NCBI GenBank assembly: GCA_003427395.1
Contig: BFEA01000015.1
Span: 4,991,927-5,055,819, forward strand
DNA: 63,893 nucleotides
Reading direction: 5' to 3'
Source: Chara braunii
Lineage: Eukaryota; Plantae; Charophyceae
Both the position numbers and the translations under genes were made by a program. Under the pieces are notes generated by a model, which had not been told where the DNA came from, ran no database searches, and worked only from the letters and a program-made list of their open reading frames with translations. Shown piece by piece: positions 1 to 12,505 of the stretch; positions within the stretch are counted from its first letter, which is position 1, and every line of letters begins with the position of its first letter.

Positions 1-169
1 CCCGGCTATAGGCTATAGGACCGTATACCAGTATAGGCCGCTTAGGGCCTGTCTGTCCTAGGGTAGCCCGGGCCTGCTATAGGCAGTTAGGGTAGCAGTA
101 GGGATTCGGTTAGTTTAGGGCCTGTAGTCCCTCAGAATTACAGGTCTGTCCCTCACGAATTTCCCAACA
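1..169 (+). mobile_element. Possible 3' end of an LTR (ends ...ttcccaaCA)
   Basis: Short internally repetitive tagg-rich segment ending in CA; no partner LTR in the window. Confidence 0.2.
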
Positions 170-676
170 GGCAAGTCACTTGGTTAGTCCTCAGCCAAAC
201 AAAATTGTGAATCTAACCCTACTGTTAGTGTACAGCCTCGCAGACAAACTCGGCAGCAGAAATCAGCAAATCATTGCAATATTATGTAAGGAAGAAGCGG
301 TCCGCATCTGACACTCCCGCCAGGCCCAGGAAAAATCAGGCAGGGAGTTCCAAGCGGTGTGCCGCAGGGGCCCGAGGAGGGCGCATCGGTTCGTGGGGGG
401 CGTATTTGCGACTAGGGTCGTGGTGGTGCGCAGGGGTGTTTGGGGGAATATTTGCAACGAGGCCGGGCCGGGTGCCACGGGGCCGAGGGGGTCGACAGAA
501 ACAGAGAGAGAGGAAGCGACACAGGAGGAGGACACATGGGAGGAGCAGGAGGAGCGGGCGGAGGAACCGGGGGACGAGCCGGAGCAGCAGAGGGAGGAGG
601 AGGAAGAGGAAGAGCGGGAGGAGCAGCAGGAGGGGGAGCGGGAGAAGGACAATGCATCGTCTGCTGTTGTTAACTG

Positions 677-679
<3 letters not shown>

Positions 680-716
<37 letters not shown>

Positions 717-865
717 CCATCGATAGGATGAGCAACGCACCAGCCAACAGGCTAGTCTCCAACCCCGCAACTGGCCTCGCGCTACTTTCATCGATAGGAT
801 GAGCAAAATCGAATGAATTTCCCACTAGAACATCAAAAAATACACTACTACACGCGCGCGCCTGT

Positions 866-911
<46 letters not shown>

Positions 912-1081
912 GTTTTCCTGCGATGCACGCAGATAAATGGAGAGAGGCTACTTCCATCGATAGGATGAGCAAAATCGGAATGAATCGGACACACACACAC
1001 ACACGCCCGTGAAGCAGTGTGCATATTTGGATGTTCTAGCTGTAGATCATTCGATTTTGCTCATCCTATCAATGGGAGTAC

Positions 1082-1132
<51 letters not shown>
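680..1132. repeat. Compound microsatellite block (GA)n/(TG)n/(CT)n/(CA)n with a recurrent ~20-bp motif
   Basis: tt(c/t)catcgataggatgagcaa at ~715, ~787 and ~952, and inverted at ~1055-1075, separated by dinucleotide tracts. Confidence 0.85.
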
Positions 1133-1589
1133 TCAGAGGAAGTGTCTCCTTTTTTGGGGGGGGAGAGGGGAGTAATTTTCCAAATACCCCCATAAGTTGA
1201 GATATATGTCAAATTGTCCATAAAAGATATGGCCACAGTGGAATGGCCTTTTGGACTGACATGTTTGCATTATGCCCCTGTCAGGCCGGTGTGCAAATTC
1301 GCTTGGCCTTTTGGAATTGCACCTACAAAAACTTGGCAACTGCCGGGGCATTTTGCAAAGTCGGGCAGCATCCGGTAGGGGGTACATTGCAAAGACGGGG
1401 TCCAACTGATGGCTGGGGTGTTTCGCAATTTGTTTTTGTCATCGTCGTTCGCCACAGCGCAGCTGCGGCAGGTCCACTTGTAAAAGAGAAAGGAAAAGAA
1501 GGAAAACGAAAAGGAAAAGAAAAGAGGGCAAAAGCGGAAAGCCATGTGCCCCCTACCGTAGCCCCCATGCTTTTTGTCATTCAGATGGA

Positions 1590-4072
1590 AGTTCTCGTCC
1601 TTGATTAGGAAGAACCCCGCTATCCAGGGTCTGAGATTACCCAATGGGGAGCAATGCAAAGCATCAGCCATGGCGGACGACCTCTTCGCAATGTCAGTTA
1701 ATACCAAAGAGCCGCTAGGGTCCCCTCAAAGCTTGTCTAGATCTCTACTTGAAATTCTCAAAAGCCCTGATCAACTGGTCTAAGTCTACTGTGATTTCCA
1801 ATGATGGGACACAGTTTGTCTGTTAATTGGCGATTAAAATGCTGGGTGAATGTGAATGTTTCTTGGGAGTGCAGGTGAGCTTGTTGGACAGCAAAAAAGT
1901 GGCGAGCAATTTGGTAAAACGGGCGGCGGAGTCGAAGATTGGCAAGGTCTCATCTATCAAAGGTACATCCATCTTCGGGCGGGCACTGTTCCTCGACACG
2001 TCTGTCCTTTCACAAGTGTGGTATCCGGGATCGACAAGGAGGTTGGATGTTAAAACATACGGAAGAATTAGAGCCGTCTCCACCAGATATCTATGGAAGG
2101 GAACGGGGATGAGGAGGTGGGATATATTGCAAAGTTGGCCTGGAGGAAGGAGGTAGTGGGAAAAGCGGATGGGGGATTGGGAATTAAAGATCAGGAACTT
2201 AAGGTAAACACGCTGTTGGCTCGATGGGTGATAAACCTTCTTATGGAGGAATCTGCCCATCCCTGGGCAGAACTGGCAATTGGCTCGCTTATGAGAGATT
2301 GGGGACTCCAAAGGAGGGAGGACTTATGGGTAGCCTGGCTCACACCTTCCTTTGTCGAAGGTTCCATTAAATCAACCGTCTTGAGAGACATCCTCCATGC
2401 ATGGGCCCAAGTAATGCCGCGGCAACCGAAGGAGCCACGGTCAAAGCAGGAGGTGCTGTCCCAGCACATCTTTGAGAATATCTTCATTTGCGATGAGAAC
2501 GGGCTACCTTGGTCGGTCGAAGATGGACCGGGTCATTTTGGGCCTTTTTGGCTACATCTGGATCCAGAGGGGGGTGTCCAGGCTTTCGGATCTGTGGGAT
2601 TCAGAACTGTTACGATGGAGATCGGCAGTCGAACTCAGGACGAAGCTGCATCACTTTTGAGGTCTGTTCCAGAGAGATTGGCAGAAGTGGTCACTAGTAT
2701 CCCACAGCCATGGAAGGATGTTATGGCAGACCCTGGCCCCGCCCATGAAGGGCGTTGGGTCATCCAGTAGGGGCCGGCATCCCCAAGGAGGCTTGGAAGG
2801 TGACAACGGTGCTGGATCACGAACAGGCTGCTGTCATTCCCTACTCAATTACAGAAGGAGAAAGGAGAAGGGTAGGGGAGAAGGCAGGATGCCGTTACCT
2901 GGAGAGGTCGGACGGGGATGAGATAGCGGTTCCGCTTTTGACAGCGGTCTCCATCGTAGTCTGCTCCAACAGCATCAACAAGGAATCAGAAGAACTCATA
3001 CTGTCCCCTGGGGGTGAAGGCGGCAAGGCGGCTAGCAAACTGAGAACTGTCCCTTTTACATTGGGGATGGCAGTTATTGGAGCCCCCCCTCAGAACAGTT
3101 AACTTACTGGAGTCCACTCCTAGGGGAGGATACCAAGCCCAGGCCAAGGCTTGGTTAATGCCCCTACCGTTTTCCCCCGAACACAACGCACCCTGATTTT
3201 GGCTGTATCTGGCCGGAAATATAGCTTGTATACATTCATTTTTAGGGTGCGTTATGTTCGGGGGAAGACGGTAGGGGTCAGTAACAGATGGCAAATGGAG
3301 GGCAGGGACAGCAGCTCACAGCAGAGAGGTTGCGTCAGCTCTGTAGCCCTGAGGAAGCTTTGGCGGTATATCAAAAGGATTCCATCGGCCAAAATGGGCA
3401 GTCTGGCTTGGCTCCAGTCCCACCGTTTAGTTCCTTCGACCAGCTGGCTATTGGCAAACACAATGCAATTTGATACACAATGTTCTAGATGTAAGAAATC
3501 GGAGGAGACCACCGCACACCTTTGGTGGGGATGTATCAAGTCTCAACGAATTTGGGTTTGGTGGGCTAAGTTAACTTCAAACATGTAGAGGACCAGATAC
3601 AGCGGGACGAAAATTGGGTCCTAGATGGTATTACTCATAATGAGAAAGACGTAGGAAAGGGATGGATGTATGTGGCGCATGCTTGCAGAGCCGCCATCAC
3701 ACAGGTCATCTGGAAGCTAAGGAACGGTAGGACGCTCAAATCCAAATTTACTCTGATATTGCCATCATGAATATGATCCTCAAAGGTATCCGTTCCCTGG
3801 GATCGGCAGATTGGAGAAGGGCCAGACGAACTCGCTCCATGAGAGCTGCCAGGGAACTGTTTTTCCAAACCTGGGGTGAAACAGCTGACGACTGTTTTGT
3901 CAAGTATTTTGATCTGTTGATATATGGGACGCTTGACCCGTTCTCCAGCAGGTGCACCTCCCCACAAATAGAACGGTGCCTGTTTGAATTGGGCAAAAAA
4001 AAAAAAAAAGGGAAAAGCCATTTCCAAAACCTCGTGCGACTGCCTCCACCCTCAAAGTTCTCGTCTTTTTAA
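1590..4072 (+). mobile_element. 5'-truncated, frameshifted non-LTR retrotransposon (L1/Tx1-like ORF2: RT C-terminal half plus zf-RVT)
   Basis: ORF fragments IQGLRLPNG..MADDL (RT YADD-type motif), FLGVQV (YLG motif), KLAW..V...DGGLGI, CSRC...EETTAHLWWGC..S..IW (LINE C-terminal zinc motif); several frameshifts and stops. Confidence 0.85.
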
Positions 4073-4084
4073 AGTTTAAAGGTC

Positions 4085-4662
4085 CTGACGTGATTATGCA
4101 CTCAGCGATGTATCTCTTTTTGCTCATCCGAGTGCTCAGGAATCGCACCGAGGTCTGTTTAAACCACCAGTAGTTGGCCCAGCTATCAAGTCCAAGCCTC
4201 GGCCTACCAGTAGGCGGATCCGTGCCGGGGCTCGGACTACCAGGCGTTCAATTCCCGGAGCTGCTGTTGAAAGAAAGGCAAAGAAAGGAGGAAACAGAAA
4301 AGAAAGAAAAGAAAAAGAAAATACGAGAACATTCAAAAAAAAAAGAAAAGAAAAAGAAACAAACTGTCAAAAAAGAAAAGAGGCACCTGACGGAGAGGGA
4401 GAGAGAGAGAGAGAGATGCGGCGACCTTCATGGAGGGCCGCGGCAAGTTCACCGCCTCTCTCTCTGCGCGTGCACGCACGTGCACATTCGCAAGCAGGCA
4501 TTTCTGTTCTCTATTGCGAAAACGGGAATGCATCTACCCACGTTCTCGCAATAGAGAACAGAAATGCCCGCACACACGTGCGACAAGGGAGAGAGAGCGA
4601 GAGAGACACAGGAGCGGTAACCTGCATGAAGGGCAGTGGCAAATTCGCCGCCTATCTCTCTT

Positions 4663-4705
<43 letters not shown>

Positions 4706-5100
4706 CTCACCCGCAAGCAAGCACGCACGCATGCATGCAGGCCTTTCCGTTCTCGCAATAGTAAACGGGAATGCATCTACCCATCTACCCGGGTAGATGC
4801 ATTCCAATTTTCGCAATAGAGAACGGAAATGCCCGCCCGCACGTGCTACAGAGAGAGAGAGAAAGAGAGAAAGAGGGGTGGCGACCTGCACGGAGAGCCA
4901 CGGCAAAATTCGCCGGCCGCCTCTCTCTCTCTCTATCTCTCTTGTTTTCGAAGTAGAACACGGGAATGAATCTCCCCGCTTTTGCAGGTAGGATCATGAT
5001 TATGCACTCAGGGTTGTGACCTTTTTGCTCATCCGACTCCTCAGAATTTCAAACGAGGTCTGTTCAACAACAGTTAATTGGTGCAGGGTTCAGCCACATA
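4085..5100. repeat. Composite repeat: two diverged ~95-bp direct repeats flanking ~200-bp (GA)n-containing units with internal inverted repeats
   Basis: tgattatgcactcag...tttttgctcatccga...gaggtctgtt at ~4091 and ~4997; three gcgacc/gtaacc-tgcatg-type units; hairpin at 4497-4568. Confidence 0.7.
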
Positions 5101-7644
5101 GACTGGGCTTGCGACTGGTCTTCCGTGCACAATTCGTGCAGATGTCCAAGATACGTTTAAGTGCCATCAAGACGCAACAGGGTACACATCAAAACAAAAT
5201 AAGACATTGGAAAAAATAAAAGGCCGACGGGAACAAGTGAAAGGTGCCATTTTCGATGCGTGGATGCCACATCGCTTCCGTTTTTCTGGGCTGTGACCTG
5301 TTTGCAGCTCGAAGGGGTGGGGTAATAAGACACGAGAACCAATAAAGTGGCATGTTTATGCAATTAACACGTATGCAATCTACACGTCCGTTTGACGTGT
5401 GAATGACACTGACACGTCACTTCTTGGATTGATGACATCTTATTCTGCTTGGTGCTCCAAGGAGTGTCCGCTGGTCACTCTCCTTTCTCATTCGGACTTT
5501 CCAAAACCAGACAATACACTTGCGGCTTTTTTTTACACGTGAGCAGCAACGTCTTCTTACCCATTCCCGGGCCAATCACCAACTCTCCCCCCATTTATGC
5601 ACCGCCCGCCAACTGCACCTCCTAACAGTAGCCGATCCACTCTTAGGACAGTCATGCATCCCCGCCGACATCCATTGATCCCCGCCGACAGCCATGCATC
5701 CCCTCATCTGCCAGTTTCCTGCCGGTCATGGGCCTATCAGAAGCTTCCCTGCCATACATCAACATATGCGCACCAATAATGCCATTCGTGGAACCTGATG
5801 AGATCGGAGCAGGAGACACGTGCGGCACAAGACGGGTGACGACCCAACAAGTGGCAGCCCGATTGAGCACCGATGGCAGAACCCGAGGCGATCGGCAATA
5901 GCCAGGGGGTGGTGAGCACCAACGAGGGAGGAGGGCGAAGAACGTGGTCGAGATCGGCGCCGGGATTGATCTCCCCGGAGAAGGAGAAAGCGGGCTCGAG
6001 GATGGCCGACGCGACGCGGCCGCTGCTGCAGTGGGATTACTCGTCTTCATGCATTGAACAAAGATTCACGCTGAGATGTTAAAGGAATTTCTCCCTAACC
6101 AGGACACTCGCCGCCGCGCCAACGACTACCGCCACCAAGACGAACATCCAGGGGATTCTAACACCTCCACGATGCGGACGACTGTAGCGGCATCAAGGAG
6201 AAAACCGCTTCACTGGAGATGGTGCCGGCGCTGATGATGGCCACGAAGGTGAACTTCCTGGTCATCATGCCCAATGCCATGTGGAGGACGATAGCAGCCG
6301 CAAGAGCATTTACCTCGTCGGTGATGGCGGCCGCACTGATGCCCTCCAGCAATGTCTCAAGAGCGCGAAGCTACTCATGCTTGTCATCGTCGAGGAGAAC
6401 GACATACAACATACCCCTTGGCAGAAAAAAACGCGGATTTGGAGTGGCCTCTGCTTGAACATATCGGCGGGAAAGTTCAGATGTGGTGAGGACCACATTA
6501 TCGGCCGCAAGAGAGCAACACTAATCAAACCCCTGACGAGACATGGAATTCTTGTCTTCCATTTATTCGAAAGACCACAACCTCGGAAAGTGCACGTTTG
6601 CCACGTGGCGAACTGGGAAGACGTGCCTCGCGAGATAGTAGATGACGCATGAGCGGTTTAAAATAGATACATCAACCTTTTTTTTTGAGAAGATTGGGGC
6701 AGACGATTCGTGTTCGTATCCGAATCCTGAGCCGGTATAGAGTTTAGGGGAGCTAATAGCGAAACACAGCCAAGAGCATCGCAGGTCGGGAGGAACTTCT
6801 ATTAAATATAGCAAACCTGACAGAAAGTTTACAGGGTACCAAAGAATTATCGAGGCTTTCCAGCCTAAGCTTTGCTCGGAAGATCTTGGGTTCAATCCCC
6901 AATGGCCTCGTGTAAACTCCTGGGCAAGCTTGGCACGCCCCAAATAGAGATAGCCTGTTAGTCCCCACGAGCGGCATTAAGCAGTGAGTGCAGATATTTC
7001 GAAGGGAGAAGGGACCTAAGGGGAGGGGTACAGCGACTGGACTGGACCATCGAAGAATCTAGATCCTGATGCTACTACAGGGTGACCGCTGGCCGGTATC
7101 GCCCTCCTACAGGTCAGGTACAGGCCCAGCATGTTTTTTCTTTTGTTTTATTTTTTTGGCTTTAACTCGGGGTGGAATGCTACGGGCTTCCCCCTCGTAC
7201 TGTGATGATAAGTGAAGAAAAAGCCTGAAAGACCGTCCTGACCGATTTGACAGGTACTTCAATTGGTTGGGCTTGAGAGTATTTGCCTGTACGGAAAAAA
7301 CAAAACTACGCGGCCATGCTGTACCTCTGATGCCAGCAGCGTGTCTGGAGTGTAGTTTCTGGCTGTGACACACCTGTCTTTGTTCCAGGGCGTTTTGCTT
7401 GCTTGTGATGGGGTGTGAACCGACAGTCTGTAGAGTTTTCCAACGGCTGTGGGTTAGTGTGGTAGTCTGCTTTCATTTTCGTCACAGGTACCTTGAGGGC
7501 AGTGGTTGGTGGTCCCCTCCTCAGAGAAGTGTCAATTGTCGGGATGTTGCTGATGATGCTTAACCCCAACAACCGGTGTTAAGGTGGATTATCACTTAAA
7601 ACGTGCAATCAGTTAGGGGATTCTGCAGACTGTTGTGGGTTTAG

Positions 7645-8078
7645 CCTCCCGATGAGTCAGTCGGTGAAACTCCGACGAAACCGAGCGCACAGCTGTTATC
7701 AGTCTCCACGACTGAAAGTCGACCCAGAGCAGAAATAAACACCCAGGAGCGGTATTGCGTTTTTTCGGACAGTGGAATGATGAGCGCTCCAGGAGAACAG
7801 ATCGGTGCCGTCCCAAACAAAAAAACAAAAAAAAGAAAGATAGGTGCCGTCCTAACTACATAGTATGCACATTCATGCACAGCGCACAGTTGTTATCAGT
7901 CTCCACGACTGAAAGTCGACCCAGAGCAGAAATAAACACCCAGGAGCGGTATTGCGTTCTATTGGATAGTGGAATGATGAGCGCTCCAGGAGAACAGATT
8001 GGTGCCGTCCCAAAAAAAAAAAAAAAAAAAAAAAGAAGATTGGTGCCGTCCTAACTACATAGTATCCACATTCATGCA
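7645..8078 (+). mobile_element. Penelope-like/retrozyme-like remnant: degenerate hammerhead core followed by two ~195-bp tandem units
   Basis: ctcc-cgatga-gtca-gtcgg-tgaaact-ccgac-gaaac-cgag, nearly identical to the core at 24403-24434; aataaa downstream; tandem units ~7684-7880 and ~7881-8078. Confidence 0.5.
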
Positions 8079-8916
8079 CAGGCGAGGGAGCGGGCGACTG
8101 CATCTTTTCGTGAAATTGGAAACACACAACCACAGATATGACCAGATACGAGGAAGACGTACAACAGGATGGTGATACGACTGCCAGTACACACATTAAG
8201 GGATATGCGAGGGGAAACGAAAACAAAGGGCCGGGAAAAGAATGAGACCGTAGCCAAGGAAGATCAGTAATAAAAGGGCACGAAATGAGGCAAGAAAGGA
8301 TCGAAGGGTTATAAAAAGACGAAATGGATAATCGATAAAAGGAACGACGGGAAAGACAAGGACAAGAGGAGAGAGTAGTGTATGGGTAGACAGAAGACGG
8401 AGTATAGAAAAAAAAGAATCCGAGCGAGAGACAGAAAAGGAGCACAAACTACAAAAAACGTTAAGTGAAAGGAATGAAGGGAAGGAGTGGCAGAGCAGAC
8501 GGGGAGGACAGAAAAAAGAACAGACAATAGCCATGAAAGGAAGGCAACAATTATATACTGACAAAAGAAAAAAACATGACATTCGCACAATCGAAGTGAA
8601 AATCCAAAAGCTTCACTTAATAACGCAGTGAACTTCCGTGCACAACAATACAGATCACAGTCCAACACTTCCACAAGGTGACATCACCGTGTGCTCAGAC
8701 CAAATCAACCAGCTTTGACACGTTGGTGAGACAACAAGGGACAAATGTCGTACGAGTGTGATACATTGAGAAAACAAAAATGTCACTGTGAATGGAATCC
8801 ACGTGCGAGCCGTTTATCCACCACCTCCATATTCCCCTTCTATTTCACGTATCTCGCCAAGGAAACCGCCCTCCTTTCCTGCCGCCACTCCCAACCGCCC
8901 TACGTTCGTGCCGTCG

Positions 8917-8990
8917 CTCCCTCTTTGACTACTTAGTCTCTCCAGTGAAATGCATTCTTTCCAAGCTCAGACGTCCCCATTGGAATAACC
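8917..8990 (-). repeat. Tandem duplicate of the last ~17 codons, stop codon and proximal 3' UTR of RPS11
   Basis: 8917-8990 matches 8992-9064 with small indels. Confidence 0.85.
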
Positions 8991-9009
8991 ACTCCCTCTC
9001 TTTGACTAC

Positions 9010-9190
9010 TTAGTTTCCAGTGAAAGCCTTCTTTCCAAGCTCAGACGTGCCCATTGGAATAACCTTCAACACGTTGAAACGCACGGTCTTCGAGAGAGGC
9101 CTGCACTCTCCAATGACAACCTTATCCCCCTCCTTGGCACGGAAGCAGGGAGATATGTGCGCAGACAAATTCGAATGCCGCTTCTCGTAC
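9010..9190 (-). CDS. RPS11: 40S ribosomal protein S11 (uS17), exon 5 (last)
   Basis: ttttag acceptor at 9192-9191; (R)[43 protein letters not shown]...KKAFTGN; stop TAA at 9012-9010. Confidence 0.97.
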
Positions 9191-10079
9191 CTAAAACAAT
9201 CAATCAATCAATCAAACACCAGAGCAAGAGAAACGAAAACCGTTGGTCAATGCACTGACATGAAACACAATCCGAGAGACGTCGGGTCAAAAACCGTTTT
9301 CCATATCATTTAACAGCCGCGCAGGGCAGACTTGGACTCCACATCCGGTGGAGGATGATAGACCCTACTTACAAAAATCAGCCATCACAGAACCAGACAG
9401 ACGTGCGACGTCACACTGAAATCACCAGCAAATGAAGGGCGATTTTAACCTGAAGAAAATACGCCCATTGAGTAGTAACCAGACAATACGCAGGCAGGGC
9501 ATTAGATGAAAAATAATGTCGCCGCGTACACGGGAGAACACTTAGGTTTGCTCGCACCCGAGTTTCGTAAAAATTCCGAATTACTATACTAACCAAACCA
9601 TCCGCCGGCAGGTCGGCACATCCCTGAGATCATGGAAATTTCTATTAAAAAAAAAAATTCAGGGTTATGCTCCTGAGATTTAGAAATTTCTAAAATAAAA
9701 AAATAAAACAATAAAGTATCAGGGTTATGCTCCTGAGATCATGAATTTCGAAGAAGAATGCGAGACTCCAGCGCCTAAGAATTGTTTTTTAATTATTGTT
9801 GTTTCCCTTCTGTTGCCTGATTTGATTTCAGGCATCAGTAGTTGGTCTGTGGAGGAGCACATACAACGTCATGATTCAGTTCAGTCTGAAAACGAGCTGA
9901 CCGTTTCCACAGCCAAGAATTTGCCAAGAATTTGCACGAGCAGACTTTCGGCGGAAGGCAGGCCAATAACCGGTTATGCACTCGTTTGCCGCACAGACAG
10001 ACTACGTAGTGCCGCGCTACAGCCAAACGGTTGCTGATCGACGATCCGCACCGCGCCCATCCTTTCTCCGGGGGGCCGA

Positions 10080-10400
10080 TGCATAACTCTCGTTATGCAA
10101 CCACACATTGTACGGCACTGCCTTAAGCTTAAGACATTTTTCTCCAGCTTAAGTGCCGCACAACCCTTAAAAGCCTCCCCAAAGCCTGAGTAATCTTCAC
10201 TAAGGCAGTGCCGCCCATTATTTCTCAGGGAGGAGGCTACATAACTCTCGTTATGCAATCGCGAAATCATCTAAGCCGTGCCGACACCGCGCAATTTTCA
10301 CTACGATTCCGCCGTTCTTAGTTTAAGAAAAGAAGCCATTTTTCTCCAGCTTAAGCCAGTGCCGCACAACCCTTAAAGCCTCCCCAAAGCCTGAGTAATC
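10080..10400. repeat. Imperfect local duplication (~160-200 bp offset) in RPS11 intron 4
   Basis: cataactctcgttatgcaa twice; catttttctccagcttaag...gtgccgcacaaccctta...gcctccccaaagcctgagtaatc twice. Confidence 0.8.
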
Positions 10401-11303
10401 CACTCTTAGCTCCTTGTAATTGCTCCTTGGGGCAAATCAGGAGGGCAGATGGAGTCTTTCACGGAAGGACTCGGTAAATGCAGCGGCATCATTTCCCAGA
10501 AAGCTCAATTTCAGCAATGCCCCCACATTCCATTCCACTAATTGCTACTATCCGCTTCTGTGGGAGAAGAGAGTTCACTTCCACTTAAAGGACTTCTTGA
10601 GGTAACGTCCTTCCATCGCCCACAACTGCCAAACCCCACTGTCGATTTCGAATTATATATAAATATATTGTCACATTGTGAATCAGAGCGCACAAAAGGG
10701 GAAAGAAAAAAGGAAAAGGAAAAAAGGGGAAGGGGAAGAGGTAAGGAAAGCTCCACCTGTTCATAACCTCTTACGTACAAGGCCAGCCACGTGGATGACA
10801 GGTTGAGCGCTGGCTGCCCCCATCCCCGTGTGTCACAAGGACCCGCTTGCACGCAGCCAAAAGGCAAAGAGGTAAAGAAAGGGAGGAGGAAACCAAACCT
10901 GACAGGGAAAGAAAGATAATCCAATTGTCACAAAGCAAAGAACACATCCCACAGATCAATATATATGAGTGCCGCCCCAGGCCGGCACCGCCAAAAATAC
11001 AAGCTCTAAGCACGTTCGCCTCCCGCGCTCATCGAGCCTTGGACTCTCGAATGATCGCTGCTTTCGTATTTTGGCAAGGAATAACCGTGCAGCTGTATAT
11101 ACTCTGCCATGACGAAGTCCAGTTCCTTTGATACCGGCCAGTGGAGCTGTGATAAACATGACAATATTCGCAAACTGGCAGTCCTGTACCCAATCACTCA
11201 AGTCCAATTCACTGCCACTCGAAAGTTCTGCCACGATGTCTATCGGACTCACGACATGTTCTCGGGTAGGCGGTATTACAAAGAATACAACCAGCGCACT
11301 AAC

Positions 11304-11448
11304 CTCTGATACTTCTTGACAAAGTGCAAATAGTCTCGCCGCACTGTGATCGTTCTCGTCATTTTCGCCCTGTACACAGTGCCTGTCAAAATTCTCCCGC
11401 GAATAGATACTGTGCCTGTGAAGGGACATTTCTTGTCGATGTACGTCC
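11304..11448 (-). CDS. RPS11: 40S ribosomal protein S11, exon 4
   Basis: cag/GG..AG/gttag; [48 protein letters not shown]; 145 bp, phases match both neighbouring exons. Confidence 0.97.
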
Positions 11449-11554
11449 CTGCATAGACGAGAAAGAAACGACGTTAGACATCATACTGCACACACACATC
11501 GCAGACCAGTTCATGGACCACAACCCCCAGCACACAATCAGACGACAAACACGC

Positions 11555-11720
11555 ACACAATCAGATAAGAAACACTCAAGCGCTCAATCAGATGAGAAAC
11601 ACATGATAAACACTTGAGCAACAATCAGATGAGAAACACTTAAGCACACAATCAGATGAAACACACTTAAGCGCACAATCGGATGAAACGCACTTAAGCA
11701 CACAATCAGATGAGGAAACA
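11555..11720. repeat. ~27-bp minisatellite (cacaatcagatgagaaacacttaag), about 6 copies, in RPS11 intron 3
   Basis: Directly visible tandem copies. Confidence 0.85.
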
Positions 11721-11784
11721 CCTACTTCACGGGGTGCTTGAGAAAAGGAAACTAAGCTGGAGAAGCCGCCGTTGGGTAGTTTCC

Positions 11785-11793
11785 AAACCCTAA
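11785..11793. promoter_or_regulatory. Telo-box AAACCCTAA (second copy at 12262-12270) in RPS11 introns
   Basis: Exact motif; telo-boxes are known to be enriched in plant ribosomal protein genes, but function here is inferred. Confidence 0.4.
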
Positions 11794-11843
11794 TTATGCT
11801 CAAATAAAAACTGTCAGGGTAGGGTATCTCTGCAATTACTCAC

Positions 11844-11941
11844 CTTCAATGGCCTCCCGCGGGGTCTTGAACCCAAGCCCGACATTCTTCCAGTACCTGT
11901 TGCCTCCCTTCCCGGGACCCTTGCTTTTGTCTCGCTTACCT
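11844..11941 (-). CDS. RPS11: 40S ribosomal protein S11, exon 3
   Basis: gtgcag/A..G/gtgag; [33 protein letters not shown]; 98 bp. Confidence 0.96.
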
Positions 11942-12464
11942 CTGCACATGTCATTACATCAGCAATCCAGGCAGAACATACAAGCGTGAGAAAAAGTTAC
12001 ACGGAACTTAATGGAATTTGCGATGCCACTAAGAAACGTCCACATGTGCTCGCGTTCCATCAAGCGTTTCACGAGATTTGAAAGTAAGCAAGCAAACCGT
12101 TCGTTCAGTACCTGCGTTGTTCGAAATACTTATCCCATAACCCCCTTCCTTTTTACCCTAAATCACGCCAATTTCATGAAAGTTGAGGTGACTTGAAGCT
12201 GCATTACGTCTCCATTATGACGCTTATGAACCGCGGTGGCCCCACTGAGCTCGCCGCACGAAAACCCTAATTTTTCCTCGTCAAGATCGTAGAGTCAATA
12301 GCGTGTAACAGATTCGACATGAGATTTTACACCAACAACATAAGCCGTTTCACATCACCATTCCCAAGTCGAAGAAACAAAGGCATTCCCAAGAGAAAAC
12401 CCGAGTCGAAGAAACAAAGGTAAGCGAGATCAAACACCAAGGGTGGGACTGCGGTACCACTTAC

Positions 12465-12505
12465 GCGAGAAAGACCTTGGGTTGCTTTTGAAAGGCGCGT
12501 TCGTT
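12465..12505 (-). CDS. RPS11: 40S ribosomal protein S11, exon 2
   Basis: ttgcag/AAC..GC/gtaagt; NERAFQKQPKVFLA; 41 bp. Confidence 0.95.

Noticed and set aside
263-806. Overlapping 77-156 aa ORFs
   Set aside because: Products of low-complexity GAG/GA repeats, with no domain.
5600-6660. Host gene or Harbinger transposase in a GC-rich stretch
   Set aside because: Overlapping short ORFs with no motif I can recognise; needs BLASTx.
6860-6960. tRNA gene or tRNA-SINE (gggttcaatccc B-box-like at 6888-6899)
   Set aside because: No A-box at proper spacing, no cloverleaf, no tail or TSD identified.
11555-11720. Hammerhead array (cagatgag..gaaac)
   Set aside because: Core is CAGAUGA with no stem II; a simple minisatellite.
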